From IMG/VR virus record IMGVR_UViG_3300044212_000090: a stretch of DNA of 64,000 nt. One strand, given 5' to 3'. Source of the DNA: a virus (taxonomy: Duplodnaviria; Heunggongvirae; Uroviricota; Caudoviricetes). Below, one piece after another: positions 48,047 through 57,743 of the stretch. Position numbers and translations under genes: made by a program. The stretch's first letter is position 1. Each line of letters opens with the position of its first letter. Under the pieces are notes generated by a model that was given only the letters and a program-made list of their open reading frames with translations, had not been told where the DNA came from and did not search any database.

Positions 48047-48541
48047 GCCACTCCTCCTCGCCGATGGCGTAGCGCTCGCGGGCCAGAGGCGCGAAACACC
48101 CGAGCGTGTAGGCGTCCGCGATGTCCGCAAGAAGCACGGAGTCGCCCGCCATCTCGGCGATAAGCATGCCGTCCTGGAAGAACGCCAGCCGCCCCGGGCG
48201 CCCGGTGCGCGAGTACGCCGCCCAGGATGCGTCCCCGCCCGGCTGGACGGCCTTCACGCCTTGCCTTGAGTCGTCACAGCCCGTCCAGCCGATTTCGTAG
48301 GCGCGGTACGCCGCCCGGCGCAAGGGGCTCACGCCCCGGTGCCGGCGCTTCACCGAACCGCCCTCGTCGGCCTCACGCGAAGACGGGCCGCGGGATAGAG
48401 CCGCGCCATCGCCTTGCGCTCGCGGCGGGCCTGGGCGTATGTGGGCAGAGGCGAGCGCCGGGCAAGCACGATGCCGCCGCGCTCCATGACGTCCGTCCAC
48501 CGCGTCAGATTCGCCGCCTTGATCTGCACGCTCCACTCCAT
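48024..48541 (-). pseudogene. hypothetical gene apparently split by a frameshift
   Basis: Protein-like N-terminus (MEWSVQIKAANLTRWTDVMERGG...) in one frame (48350..48541) and protein-like C-terminus in another (48024..~48340). Confidence 0.25.
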
Positions 48542-48783
48542 GATTTTGCCTCGCTTTCCGCATCGGCTCGGGGGCTATGCGCATAGCCGCGCATGATGCA
48601 GCAAAGAAAGCCGCTGCGCTGAGGCAGCAGAGGCGCATCGGATATGCCCCCGGCGACTGCTCGCCGAGGGCCTCCTTATATCCGTCCCGACCTTAGGCAT
48701 AGCCCCTTTCCGGGCGGGCCGCGAAGCAGGACGCATGCCGCTTATGTGAAAGCGGGAAAGTCTCCCGCGACAAGGAGAGAACC

Positions 48784-49116
48784 CTAATAAGAGACCGGCC
48801 TCGGGTCGTCCTCGAACCATGTGGCGTCTTCATCGCACTCGAAGCCGAGCGCCTTGAACTCCTCTGGAGTCTCGGCGGCTCCGCGCATGTCCGTAGGCAC
48901 AATCCCGCCGTTCGGCCTATGGAAGAGCCTTACGCGCATGTCGAGAATCACGTCCTGATCAGGGTCGCACAGGCTCTCCAGTACGGGCAGTGCCAGTCGT
49001 CGCGCCTCGCGATTATCCCTCGCGGCGACGAGGATGACCCATTCAGGGGAGTCTGGACCATAGGCGTGGGCGCAGTACACGCGGTTGCCGGGATGACCGG
49101 CTTCAAGTCCGCTCAT
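48784..49116 (-). CDS. hypothetical protein
   Basis: Start MSGLEAGHPG within the 125-aa frame. Confidence 0.45.
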   Translation of the reverse strand: MSGLEAGHPGNRVYCAHAYGPDSPEWVILVAARDNREARRLALPVLESLCDPDQDVILDMRVRLFHRPNGGIVPTDMRGAAETPEEFKALGFECDEDATWFEDDPRPVSY

Positions 49117-49267
49117 GACTACTCCTCCTCGCTCTCGAAGAGCCTGTCGAATTCGGGGCACAGATGCCGCAGCCGCTTCGTCTCGCGCCTGAAGCGCCGG
49201 TCGGACGCCGTAAGCATCCGCGCCAGCCGATCCGTCGGTGAAATCATCATGCCCGACGGTATGCGTC

Positions 49268-50548
49268 TCAGGCGAACGGCAGCAGATGCGCCAGCAGCAG
49301 TCCTGCGTACGTGAGAGCAGTCAGCCCCATGACGTCCATGTTCAGCCGCCGTTCGTCGTATATGCGCAGTCCTCCACCCGGCATAAGCATCGCGGCCAGC
49401 GGCAGCACCGGCGCGAAGTACCGGCTCTGCATCCCCTCGGCATACCCTCCCGGAGTGCCGAGCCATGTGGAGACCATCGCCAGTACGGTCAGTGCGAGGA
49501 ACGCGCACAGCGCGGCGCCTGCGGCCCATCGCATCGAGCACGGCGCATGGCGCGCGGCGCCGATGCCCGCGAGCACGAACGCCACGAGGATGGGCGCCAT
49601 GACCGGCAGCGGCAGCAGCGCGTATTCGCTGCCCGTCACCAGCTGCACGTTGCGCGTGATATTCCGCCCGCCCTCGACCGTGGAGACATCCAATGGCTGG
49701 ACGAGGCTGCGTCCTACGGATTCAAACAGCAGCACGGGATGGGAGAGCAGCTGATGCTGCGCGGCGGCGACGCCTGCGACATCCTTCACGCCGGGGGCTA
49801 TCATCCGCGTGGCGTGGCGCCAGAGCAGCGCGGGAGCCAGCGCCGCGAGCGCGGGCAGGGCGAGCAGCGCGTTCCGCAGGGCGTCCCCGCGCTTGAGGCA
49901 GACGGCGAGCAGGACGAGCAGCGCCAGGTTCGTGGGCTTCGTGGCGCCCAGCATGGCGGCGCATGCGGTCAGAGCCGCAAGCGACCACGGCCAGCGGAGT
50001 CCGGAGTCTTTCAGATGCAGCGCCAGCGCGATGAACAGGAACGCGACGGACGTGTTCACGGCGTCCGCAGTGGGATAGAGATAGGAGAGGAACACGGTCG
50101 GCATCAGGGCGGCCATCGCCATGAGCATCGCCAGCCGCCCGCTCAGAGCGATGGCCAGAGCAGTGAGGGCCGCGCAGCACAGCAGCGTCAGGGCCGAGGC
50201 GATATGGTAATGCCCGGGCGCGAGCGCCGAGGGGAAGTAGAGGAGCGGCGAGTAGACAGACGTGTTGTTGAACTGCAGGAAGCCACCCTGCGCATCGATC
50301 GAGCCGTACTGCGCGGGATTGGCGGGGTTGGGCAGCGCCCTCAACTGCCCGGATGCTATCTGACAGGCGCGCCACCAGTGTTGCCCCTCGTCGTTGCGCG
50401 ACGGCCTGTGATCGAAGAGGATGAGCGTCATGCCGCACAGGGCCGTGAACAGGAAGTACAGGCCGGCGATGCGGGCGGGGGTGGGCATATGGCACGCGCC
50501 GGTGCGCTCGCCCAATGCGTGCCGGGGGATAGACTCTTCGCTTCTCAT
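49268..50548 (-). CDS. polytopic integral membrane protein (DUF2142/glycosyltransferase-39-like topology; function unknown)
   Basis: >=10 predicted TM segments; start MRSEES 9 nt after a GACGCATGC motif. Confidence 0.55.
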   Translation of the reverse strand: MRSEESIPRHALGERTGACHMPTPARIAGLYFLFTALCGMTLILFDHRPSRNDEGQHWWRACQIASGQLRALPNPANPAQYGSIDAQGGFLQFNNTSVYSPLLYFPSALAPGHYHIASALTLLCCAALTALAIALSGRLAMLMAMAALMPTVFLSYLYPTADAVNTSVAFLFIALALHLKDSGLRWPWSLAALTACAAMLGATKPTNLALLVLLAVCLKRGDALRNALLALPALAALAPALLWRHATRMIAPGVKDVAGVAAAQHQLLSHPVLLFESVGRSLVQPLDVSTVEGGRNITRNVQLVTGSEYALLPLPVMAPILVAFVLAGIGAARHAPCSMRWAAGAALCAFLALTVLAMVSTWLGTPGGYAEGMQSRYFAPVLPLAAMLMPGGGLRIYDERRLNMDVMGLTALTYAGLLLAHLLPFA

Positions 50549-50672
50549 GACCGCTCGCATGCGTCGGACGTAGGGCGCGAGGTTATCGCTACTGCATACA
50601 AGCGAAGGCCCGCGACTGATTCCTTGCAAAGAAGTCAGGCGCGGGCCTTCGCTATCATGTCCTCTATTGCGC

Positions 50673-51053
50673 CTACTGCGCAGACAACATCTCAGGCCAC
50701 TTGTCCTCGGCGATGCTCTCGCACTGCTCCTTCGAGGGCGCGTAGACCCAGCCCTCTCCGACCACAGGCCCGTCTTCGCAGAGGCCCCGGTAGTCGGGTC
50801 CCAGACAGACGGCTTCGCAGAAGCCGCGTTCCATCGACCAGAGGTCGCCTAGGCCGGCATCCGTCAGCACCGTGAGTCCTTCGATGAAATAGCGCTCGTA
50901 CTCGCCCGGGGACGAGGCCTTCACCCGCGACGCGATGCGCCTGGCGTCCTCCGCGCTCGCGCACGCGCAGATCGTGCGGAACTCCTCGCCCGTGTCGCCG
51001 GATATCAGATAGATCCTATCGGGCACGATGCCGCCTCTTCCTTCGTCAGACAT
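50673..51053 (-). CDS. hypothetical Cys-rich protein
   Basis: 126-aa ORF. Confidence 0.45.
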   Translation of the reverse strand: MSDEGRGGIVPDRIYLISGDTGEEFRTICACASAEDARRIASRVKASSPGEYERYFIEGLTVLTDAGLGDLWSMERGFCEAVCLGPDYRGLCEDGPVVGEGWVYAPSKEQCESIAEDKWPEMLSAQ

Positions 51054-51258
51054 TCTCCTGCCTTTCGTTGAGCGTGATGGCGTCCCATCGCGTGTATATG
51101 GCTGTCACCTGGCCAGACGGAGCGACCTTGCCGCCCGCCCGGTCGACGATGCAGAGCATCGTGCGTTTCTCGTTCGGCTCCGCCGCGTACGCATCGGCGG
51201 GCCATTCGCTGTAGTCGCCGCCGACGTAGACGCGGTGGAATCTGCGAATGGCTTTCAT
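51046..51258 (-). CDS. small hypothetical protein
   Basis: 70-aa ORF. Confidence 0.4.
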   Translation of the reverse strand: MKAIRRFHRVYVGGDYSEWPADAYAAEPNEKRTMLCIVDRAGGKVAPSGQVTAIYTRWDAITLNERQENV

Positions 51259-51713
51259 CGTCGCGCCGTCCCCTCGAATTCGAGGTTATTGACGTACAGG
51301 GTGGCCTGCCCGTCGTGGATGCGGAGTTTTCCGGCGCTGGGACGACCGTCCGGGAGATGCAGCCAGACTCGCTGCACGCTGGCGTCCGTGCACCCGTCCC
51401 ATCCTTCGAGGCCGGTGACATGGTAGGCGTCCTCGACCTTCGAGATGTTGGTTTCCGCGATGCGCTTGTTCTCCGGCTGCCGGATGATGCCGCGCACGCC
51501 GAAGAACAATCCCGCGAGGACTCCAACGCCCGCTAGGGCGGCGATGATGGAACGAATGGCGATTCTTCCTTTATGCGAGTCGAACGCAAGCTCAGGCAGA
51601 ATCATGAACAGTATCATCCCGGCGAATGCGATGAAGAACGCGGTCGCCAGTCCCGGCGCTATCGCATTGGCGGCGGATGCCGTCTGCTGAATTTCGGCTG
51701 ATGCGAGCGTCAT
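51255..51713 (-). CDS. membrane protein
   Basis: Two N-terminal TM helices then soluble domain. Confidence 0.5.
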   Translation of the reverse strand: MTLASAEIQQTASAANAIAPGLATAFFIAFAGMILFMILPELAFDSHKGRIAIRSIIAALAGVGVLAGLFFGVRGIIRQPENKRIAETNISKVEDAYHVTGLEGWDGCTDASVQRVWLHLPDGRPSAGKLRIHDGQATLYVNNLEFEGTARR

Positions 51714-51970
51714 GACTTGGCCTCCGCATCCGGATACCGCTGCGCGAATTCCGCATCGTCGAAGAGGAGTATGGATTCGATCTCGCCATACGGGATCATC
51801 GTGAGCACGCCCACCTCCGGGCCTTCATGGGACATGAAGTTCCTGAAGCAGGCGGGGTCCTCCACGATGCGACCTATGGGGCGGAAAGACAGGAAGTGTT
51901 CGTCCTCGCCGTATCCGTCCGCGACGAGGACGCGGCTGCAGCTTCCGACATTGACGAGGATCCTCATTCC
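51710..51970 (-). CDS. small hypothetical protein
   Basis: Start MRILVNVG within 146-aa frame. Confidence 0.4.
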   Translation of the reverse strand, partial: GMRILVNVGSCSRVLVADGYGEDEHFLSFRPIGRIVEDPACFRNFMSHEGPEVGVLTMIPYGEIESILLFDDAEFAQRYPDAEAKS

Positions 51971-52500
51971 GTCCCCTTCGGCGCTCCGGGCAGCAGCCGC
52001 TGCATCACGCGGCCGAAGGATTCGAGCGCGAACGGGCGGGACTCCGCGCCGCCCGCGAGCTTGACGGTCACGCCGCCCCTGCGGCCCGGCTTCCACGCCA
52101 CGCCGTCGGGGATGGCCCCGTCGTGCGCGGCGATGGACTTGGACAGCCACGCGGGGGAGGTGACCTCGGGCACCGGATAGTTCACCGTGATGACGCTCGG
52201 GCGTCCGCCCACGGTGATGTCGTGCTCCACGAGGAAGTCCCCGAACGCAAGCGGGTCGGACACCTCGTATCTGCCCTCGCCGTCCTTGGACACGCTGATG
52301 GTCGCGGAGGGAGCGCCGTCGAACACGGCGTCCTCGCTCTCGGAGTCCGCATCGTGCGTGCGCAGATACTCGGCCTTCGCGGCCTTGAACGCGCCGTCGA
52401 TGCGCTTGGAGAGGATCTGCATGCCCGCCATCGCGGCGCGCAGCTGGTCCTCGGGCAGGTCGGAGAAGTCGAACTCGTCCGCCTTGGTCTTCTTGGTCAT
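51964..52500 (-). CDS. hypothetical protein (weak resemblance to phage Gp157/Gam-like proteins; speculative)
   Basis: Start MTKKTKADEFDF; 178 aa. Confidence 0.4.
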   Translation of the reverse strand: MTKKTKADEFDFSDLPEDQLRAAMAGMQILSKRIDGAFKAAKAEYLRTHDADSESEDAVFDGAPSATISVSKDGEGRYEVSDPLAFGDFLVEHDITVGGRPSVITVNYPVPEVTSPAWLSKSIAAHDGAIPDGVAWKPGRRGGVTVKLAGGAESRPFALESFGRVMQRLLPGAPKGTE

Positions 52501-52559
52501 GGCCTTTCCTTTCATTGGGCAGAATCGCCTATGATCGCCATATGCGTCCCATTCGCGCA

Positions 52560-53140
52560 ATCCTGTGACGCATATGCGTATCCAGCGCGCGACGTCAACG
52601 TTCTCCATAAAGACGATGGCGGCGGCAGAAGCCCCTTACTGCTTCGTAACGGACCGGGCCAGCGCCGCGCGCATTGCTTTCCTTCGGGACGCACACGAAA
52701 CACTGCGCGGCGTCAACGTCGCTGCATCGAATGGTTTCAACAGCATTCGGCGCGGAGCGATGGCGGGGAGCAGCCCGATCGATCACCTCGGCAAGCCACG
52801 ACCCCCGCCAGCGCCGCGCCTTTTCCTCTTATCGGACGCATAGCGCGTATCGCACGGCGTCAACGTCGCCGCCGCGGATCCTTTGAGACAGTCCGTGGGC
52901 GGATCGATGGCGGGGATAGGACGATTTAGACAACCTTTTTCGTCTGCTGAAGCCCCGCCAGCGCCGTGCATTTTCCTTATCGGACGCATAGGCATTATCA
53001 GAACGCGGCGTCAACGCCGCTGCCCTGCGGGCTTTACGGGATCATTCACTCGCGGGATTGCAGAACGATGGCGGGCGAGGATGGTCTGATAACCTTCCAC
53101 CCGATGACCCCGCCAGCGCCGCGCTCTTCCTCTTTTCAGA
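52560..53140. repeat. tandem array of four degenerate ~140-bp repeats
   Basis: Each unit carries GCGGCGTCAACG(T/C)CGC ... GATGGCGGG ... CCCCGCCAGCGCCG(C/T)GC ... TT(A)TCGGACGCATAG. Confidence 0.7.
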
Positions 53141-53831
53141 ATTCCGGCTCGTCCGGGTCTGCGATGAACGAGCCGCGCACCTCCCTGATGCCCGCCAGCC
53201 TCTTCCAGACATCCTCGGGGATGTCCACTCGCTCGCCGTTCGGCCCGTCCACGCGCTTCACGCCCCAGATGCCCACCAGCGCCGCGTCGTGCAGCGCGTG
53301 GGAGAAGTCCGGGCCGCTCACGGGCAGCGCTCCGGGGATGGCCCAGGCGTTGAACGGGGCATCTAGGGGATCGAGCGTGGGGCGCGGATGCTCGGGGGGC
53401 TGGTATCGCTTCGGCGCGACGGCGAGCAGCGCATGCGCGAACTCGACCGGCATCTCGCGGGCGACGTGCGCGACTGTCTCAAGGGACAGGGCGCGGGCCA
53501 TGGCCTCGTCGCCGTCCATGCCCCGGACGTGCAGCGCCGAGGCGAATGCGGCGGCCGTGGCGAACGGCATTCCGTTCAGGCCCAGCGCCCCGTAGCAAGA
53601 GCGCAGCCACGACCATGACTCGCCGTCGTCCTCAGGCACGCGACAGGGAACATCCGGCAGGAACTCGAAGTACGGGCGCCAACTCAGCTCGCCCTCATGC
53701 ATCGCCGCATCCCGCTCGCGCCCGTGGCCCGGCTGCTCCGCGCGATGCATGGCGATGGCGGCGTCCGCCGCGCGGAGCAGCCCGTCGTCGGCGGACGAGA
53801 GCGAGAAGGCATTGAAGTCTATGGTCAGCAT
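53136..53831 (-). CDS. hypothetical protein
   Basis: Start MLTIDFNAF 10 nt after GACGCATA motif. Confidence 0.45.
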   Translation of the reverse strand: MLTIDFNAFSLSSADDGLLRAADAAIAMHRAEQPGHGRERDAAMHEGELSWRPYFEFLPDVPCRVPEDDGESWSWLRSCYGALGLNGMPFATAAAFASALHVRGMDGDEAMARALSLETVAHVAREMPVEFAHALLAVAPKRYQPPEHPRPTLDPLDAPFNAWAIPGALPVSGPDFSHALHDAALVGIWGVKRVDGPNGERVDIPEDVWKRLAGIREVRGSFIADPDEPEF

Positions 53832-53908
53832 GGGCCCCGGTATGCGTCGGAAGACGCCAGCGGCCCGTGCAGGAGACATCCCGCACGGGCCGCTCTGTTC
53901 GATGTCTT

Positions 53909-55108
53909 CTAGGCTTCCTGCTCCTCCATGCTCACGTCGATGTAGCCGTCCTGCGCGTGGTAGTCATGCATCGCATCGACGTCATAGGAGGTGTACTGCT
54001 CTCCGGCCTCGCGGCACAGCCGCATGGCGCGGCGGGTCTCTTTCGAGGGCACGAGCATATCCGTCTGCGCCCCCGTCAGCTCCTTGCCCGCGTCGTAGCG
54101 GCGCTGCACGTCGTCGAAGACGGCCTGTATCTGCGCATCGGTGGCGGAGCCGCCGAGCTCGGAGACGGCGGCACGACGCGCACGCCCCTCTGGGGAATTG
54201 ACCCCTCGGACAATCGCATCATGCATGCCCGGAGTCGCGTACGCCCTGCCCTTCGGCGGATGGACGGTGATGTGGGCCTGCCAGCCGGTGCCGTAGTCGT
54301 CGGTGCGGCAGCTGACCTTGTAATCCGCCGGTATCTCGCCGCGCCTCTGGAGGGCCTTGATGTCGCGCCGCATGCCTTTGACCCGCTCGGCGGGGGAGAG
54401 ATGCGAGTCGTAGCGCCCGCCCGTGAAGGCCGTGCCGCCGGTCTGGCCCACGGTGGTCGTCCCCGGCTTGATGGGGTTGGGGATGCCGGAAAGCTCTCCC
54501 TTGATGTAGTGCGCGGCATCGTCCGCGTTTGTGAAATGCCTGGAATCCGCGTCGTTCCAGTAATCCTTGTCATCCTCGTGCACCTCGACGGAGCACGCCC
54601 CGCCCAGATGCTCGACGGCCACCAGATGCGTGCCGTCGCCCTTGTCGAAGAAGCGCCTGAAGTCGGTGCCCGCCCGGCGGGAGCCGTCCTCCCTGAGGCC
54701 GAGCTCCGCGAAATCATCCGGCGGCGCTTCGATGGGGCGGGAGCTTCCCCCCAGCTGGACCGCGATGTAGGTCGCCGCCTCGAACGCGGTTGCGAAGTGG
54801 TTGGAGTTCACGGCGTTCTGGTAGTCGTCATCGTCTGCCGTGCGCAGCTCGACATCGCAGCTCCCGTCCGCGTTATCGGTGGCCCACAGCTGCTCGCCGT
54901 CTCCCTTGGCGAAGGACCGCCTGAGCTGGTTGCCGCTATTCCAGACATCCTCCGCTTCGAGGCCATACTCCTCGAAGACGTCCTGCGGCCCCTGTGCTGC
55001 GGATGCACCGAGGCTCGGCAGGTCGCCTGCGCCCGCGTTGCCCTTGCTGTCAAACTCGCCGCCCGTGCTTGCGGGCGATCCTTTCGGTTTTCTTGCCTGA
55101 TTGCTCAT
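53909..55108 (-). CDS. hypothetical protein with conserved N-terminal motif (family member 3) and two internal ~55-aa repeats
   Basis: MSNQARKPKG...FDSKGNAGAGDLPSLG N-terminus; repeats FxKGDG..L.A......C.VE...DDDDY.N...S.HF..A..AA.YI. Confidence 0.5.
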   Translation of the reverse strand: MSNQARKPKGSPASTGGEFDSKGNAGAGDLPSLGASAAQGPQDVFEEYGLEAEDVWNSGNQLRRSFAKGDGEQLWATDNADGSCDVELRTADDDDYQNAVNSNHFATAFEAATYIAVQLGGSSRPIEAPPDDFAELGLREDGSRRAGTDFRRFFDKGDGTHLVAVEHLGGACSVEVHEDDKDYWNDADSRHFTNADDAAHYIKGELSGIPNPIKPGTTTVGQTGGTAFTGGRYDSHLSPAERVKGMRRDIKALQRRGEIPADYKVSCRTDDYGTGWQAHITVHPPKGRAYATPGMHDAIVRGVNSPEGRARRAAVSELGGSATDAQIQAVFDDVQRRYDAGKELTGAQTDMLVPSKETRRAMRLCREAGEQYTSYDVDAMHDYHAQDGYIDVSMEEQEA

Positions 55109-55116
55109 GATGCCCT

Positions 55117-55398
55117 CTATGCGAACCGGAGCTGGCGATACGGCCCGTACGCCTCGATGAGGCTGGCGGGCACCACGTCCAAACGGGCCAAGCGATTGCG
55201 CTCCGATATCCATGTGACATGGGGCATCTCCGCTTCGCGGTAGAGGCCGGGCGCCAGATGCTTCGCGTTCCCCTCTTCATGCCGGGCGACGACCAGCTCG
55301 GTGCGGTCGCCCTCGGCGAGGTAGAGGTGTCCGTCCGGAGTGCGGTAGGCGCGCTGGTGGGTGTTGCGGATGAGATAGGGAGTCGGGTAGGTCTTCAT
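55117..55398 (-). CDS. hypothetical protein
   Basis: 93-aa ORF with normal composition. Confidence 0.45.
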   Translation of the reverse strand: MKTYPTPYLIRNTHQRAYRTPDGHLYLAEGDRTELVVARHEEGNAKHLAPGLYREAEMPHVTWISERNRLARLDVVPASLIEAYGPYRQLRFA

Positions 55399-55439
55399 GT
55401 CCCGAGGAATGCGTCCTGCAGCAGAATCGCTTCGAGCAG

Positions 55440-55690
55440 GGCAGGCATGCCGTCCTATGGCTTTCCTAAGAGGACCCCCGAAAACCCCCTATATATCCTA
55501 TTATCCCCTATAATCCATAGGACGGTATGTATAGGGGGTTTAATACTTACTCGCAGTAGGGCTCAGGGCGTCCCTATGGCCCATAGGACACCGTATGATC
55601 CATAGGACGTTTCCGCTGTTTTCGAAGCCGAAAAGCCGCAAAACGTCCTATGGATCATACGGCGTCCTTTCGCGCGCATGCCGCTTTTCG
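55440..55690. repeat. divergent variant of the ~245-bp intergenic repeat (copy 4)
   Basis: Same architecture (CTATGG/CCATAG blocks, TACTCGCAGTAGGG dyad-like core) between divergent genes 55117..55398(-) and 55900..56199(+). Confidence 0.55.
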
Positions 55691-55899
55691 CCGACGCATA
55701 ACCTGACTTAACCCCCGCGCGAAGCCTGCCCGAGGCGCCATGTCGTTCCACATCGTTTCTGGCGCCGACGGGCCTTCGCGTGGGGCGCCTCGTATCCGGA
55801 TAGGGGAAAGCGCGGCAGCTGCCGGTCCACTGGCCGTACGTTTCCTCGATGAGCTGCGACGCTATTGTCGGCAATCCGTCCCATCCGCGCATAGACATC

Positions 55900-56199
55900 C
55901 ATATGTCTGCAACAAACATCGCCGCCACCGGATGGCGCGCATTCTGGGCCAACCTTCTCAATCCCGGCACCATGAGCCTTTTCATCGCCGTGGTGCTGTT
56001 CATCGTGCTGCTCGGCTTCGTGTTCCGCAACACCGTCAGCGCCTTCAGTTTTGCGCTCCGCGCCGGGGCCTTCGTGCTCGCCGCATGCATGGTCATCGGC
56101 TTCGCCGGCGTGCTGGGCATCACGTTCAATGGGCTGGCCCCGATAGTCAACTGGTTCCTGGAGATCGTGCACGCCCCGCTCTACATGCCGGAGGCCTGA
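55900..56199 (+). CDS. small integral membrane protein
   Basis: Start MSATNIAATGW; three predicted TM helices. Confidence 0.5.
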   Translation, partial: HMSATNIAATGWRAFWANLLNPGTMSLFIAVVLFIVLLGFVFRNTVSAFSFALRAGAFVLAACMVIGFAGVLGITFNGLAPIVNWFLEIVHAPLYMPEA

Positions 56200-56205
56200 C
56201 CCATC

Positions 56206-57205
56206 ATGGCGAATCGCAGAAGCGGATCCTCCGGCGGGATCGGATGGTTCATGGGGTTCCTGGGCACCATGTTAGCGGTGTGCTGCCTGATGGTGGTGCT
56301 CGTCTCCTCGGGCATGTGGCGCACCCTCGCCGAGACGTTCGGCATCGGCGACGGCGGCGCATCCTCATCGCAGCTGACGACTCCCGCCCCCGCGCCCACG
56401 CGCGAGCCGGGGGCGAAGACGCCCGCGCAGTGGCTCTCCGAACTCTTCGGTCAGATGACGGGAGCGGCTCCCGAGGCGCCCGCTCCGGCCCTGACGGCGA
56501 AGCCGGACGCCATCCCGTCCGCGCCCAAGGTGGCGATTCCCGCCATCCCCGCGCCCTCGGCTCCCGCGAACGGCTGGGGCGGGCATATCGAGGCTTATAA
56601 CGCGGCGCTGGGGCAGTTAAACGGCATCGCCGTAGCCAAGCCTTCGATAGGCGGCTACGACCGCGATGCGCAGTTCGGCGGCTGGGCGAACAGCCCGTCC
56701 CTGTGCGGCAAGGGCACGACCCGCGATGCCATCCTCAAGCGCGATCTGATCGGCGCGGCATCAGGCAAGGACTGCCAGGTGACGCTGGGACTGCTCCACG
56801 ACCCGTACACGGGGGCGCGACATCCCCTTCAAGCGCGGCTCCGCCACCAGCTCGGCGGTGCAGATCGATCATGTCGTCGCCCTGCTCGACGCCTACGGCT
56901 CGGGGGCCAGGAACTGGTCGCAGGCCAGGCGGGTGCAGTACGCCAACGACCCGGACGTGCTGTTGGCGGTGGACGGCCCCGCCAACATGGCGAAGGGCGC
57001 GGGCCTCGACTTCGCGGGCACGGCGCAGTACCGCGCCCAGGGCACGGTCGCGCCCGATGTGTGGATGCCGGACAACAAGGCATATAGGTGCGATTATATG
57101 ACCAAGCGCGTGAATATTAAAGCCAAGTACGGCCTGACGATGACGGCGCGCGAGAAGCAGCAGACAGTGCAATACATCGCGGCATGCGCCGCAGGGAAGA
57201 ACTGA
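56206..57205 (+). pseudogene. secreted HNH endonuclease (DUF1524/GmrSD C-terminal-like), +1 frameshift
   Basis: N-terminal TM plus Pro/Ala linker plus GYDRDAQFGGW...DCQVTLGLLHDPYTG in frame 1; continuation DIPFKRGSATSSAVQIDHVVALLDAYGSGARNW...ANDPDVLLAVDGPANMAKG in frame 2; switch occurs at a run of five G (ACGGGGGCGCG). Confidence 0.6.
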
Positions 57206-57212
57206 GGAATCC

Positions 57213-57605
57213 TTGGCATCACTCATCGCGCAGTGCAATCAGGCCCTTGAGGCCGCCGGCTGGCAGCCGAAGGACAACAGGGATTACTTCACGAAGTGGC
57301 ATGGAAGGATGGTGCGCGTGCTCATCATCGCGGCGTGGGCCGAGGACAGGCACTACGGCGAGCTCATCATCCGGCGCGCGGAGTGCGAATCCTCCGCCCG
57401 GCCCGACCAGATGCGGCACATGGCCGCGTTCGCAGACACTGAGGCGATTCATTTAGGCGAGTGCGAAGGGAGTGCGGATGCGCTGGCGAAGCTCCTGACC
57501 GGCCTCGACTACTGGTCGGAGCGGAACCCGTTCCACGACTCAGCGGAAAAGAGGAACGCGGATATGGCGCTCTTCCGGGAAGAGAGCGCGACGAGGAAGA
57601 AGTAG
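57213..57605 (+). CDS. hypothetical protein
   Basis: 130-aa ORF. Confidence 0.45.
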   Translation: MASLIAQCNQALEAAGWQPKDNRDYFTKWHGRMVRVLIIAAWAEDRHYGELIIRRAECESSARPDQMRHMAAFADTEAIHLGECEGSADALAKLLTGLDYWSERNPFHDSAEKRNADMALFREESATRKK

Positions 57606-57743
57606 GGAGGGCGGAGAATCGCCGCCGCGACTACATAGGTCGTTCGGCACCTGAATGGGCAGCAGCTCTTTGCTCTCTATATCCCATGCATCCCGCCCTT
57701 TTCCGACGCATATCCTATGGCAACCCAACAAAGGAGAAATGTC

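Noticed and set aside
52560-53140. CRISPR array
   Set aside because: Units are ~140 bp, contiguous and mutually similar over their whole length; there are no short constant repeats separating unique spacers.
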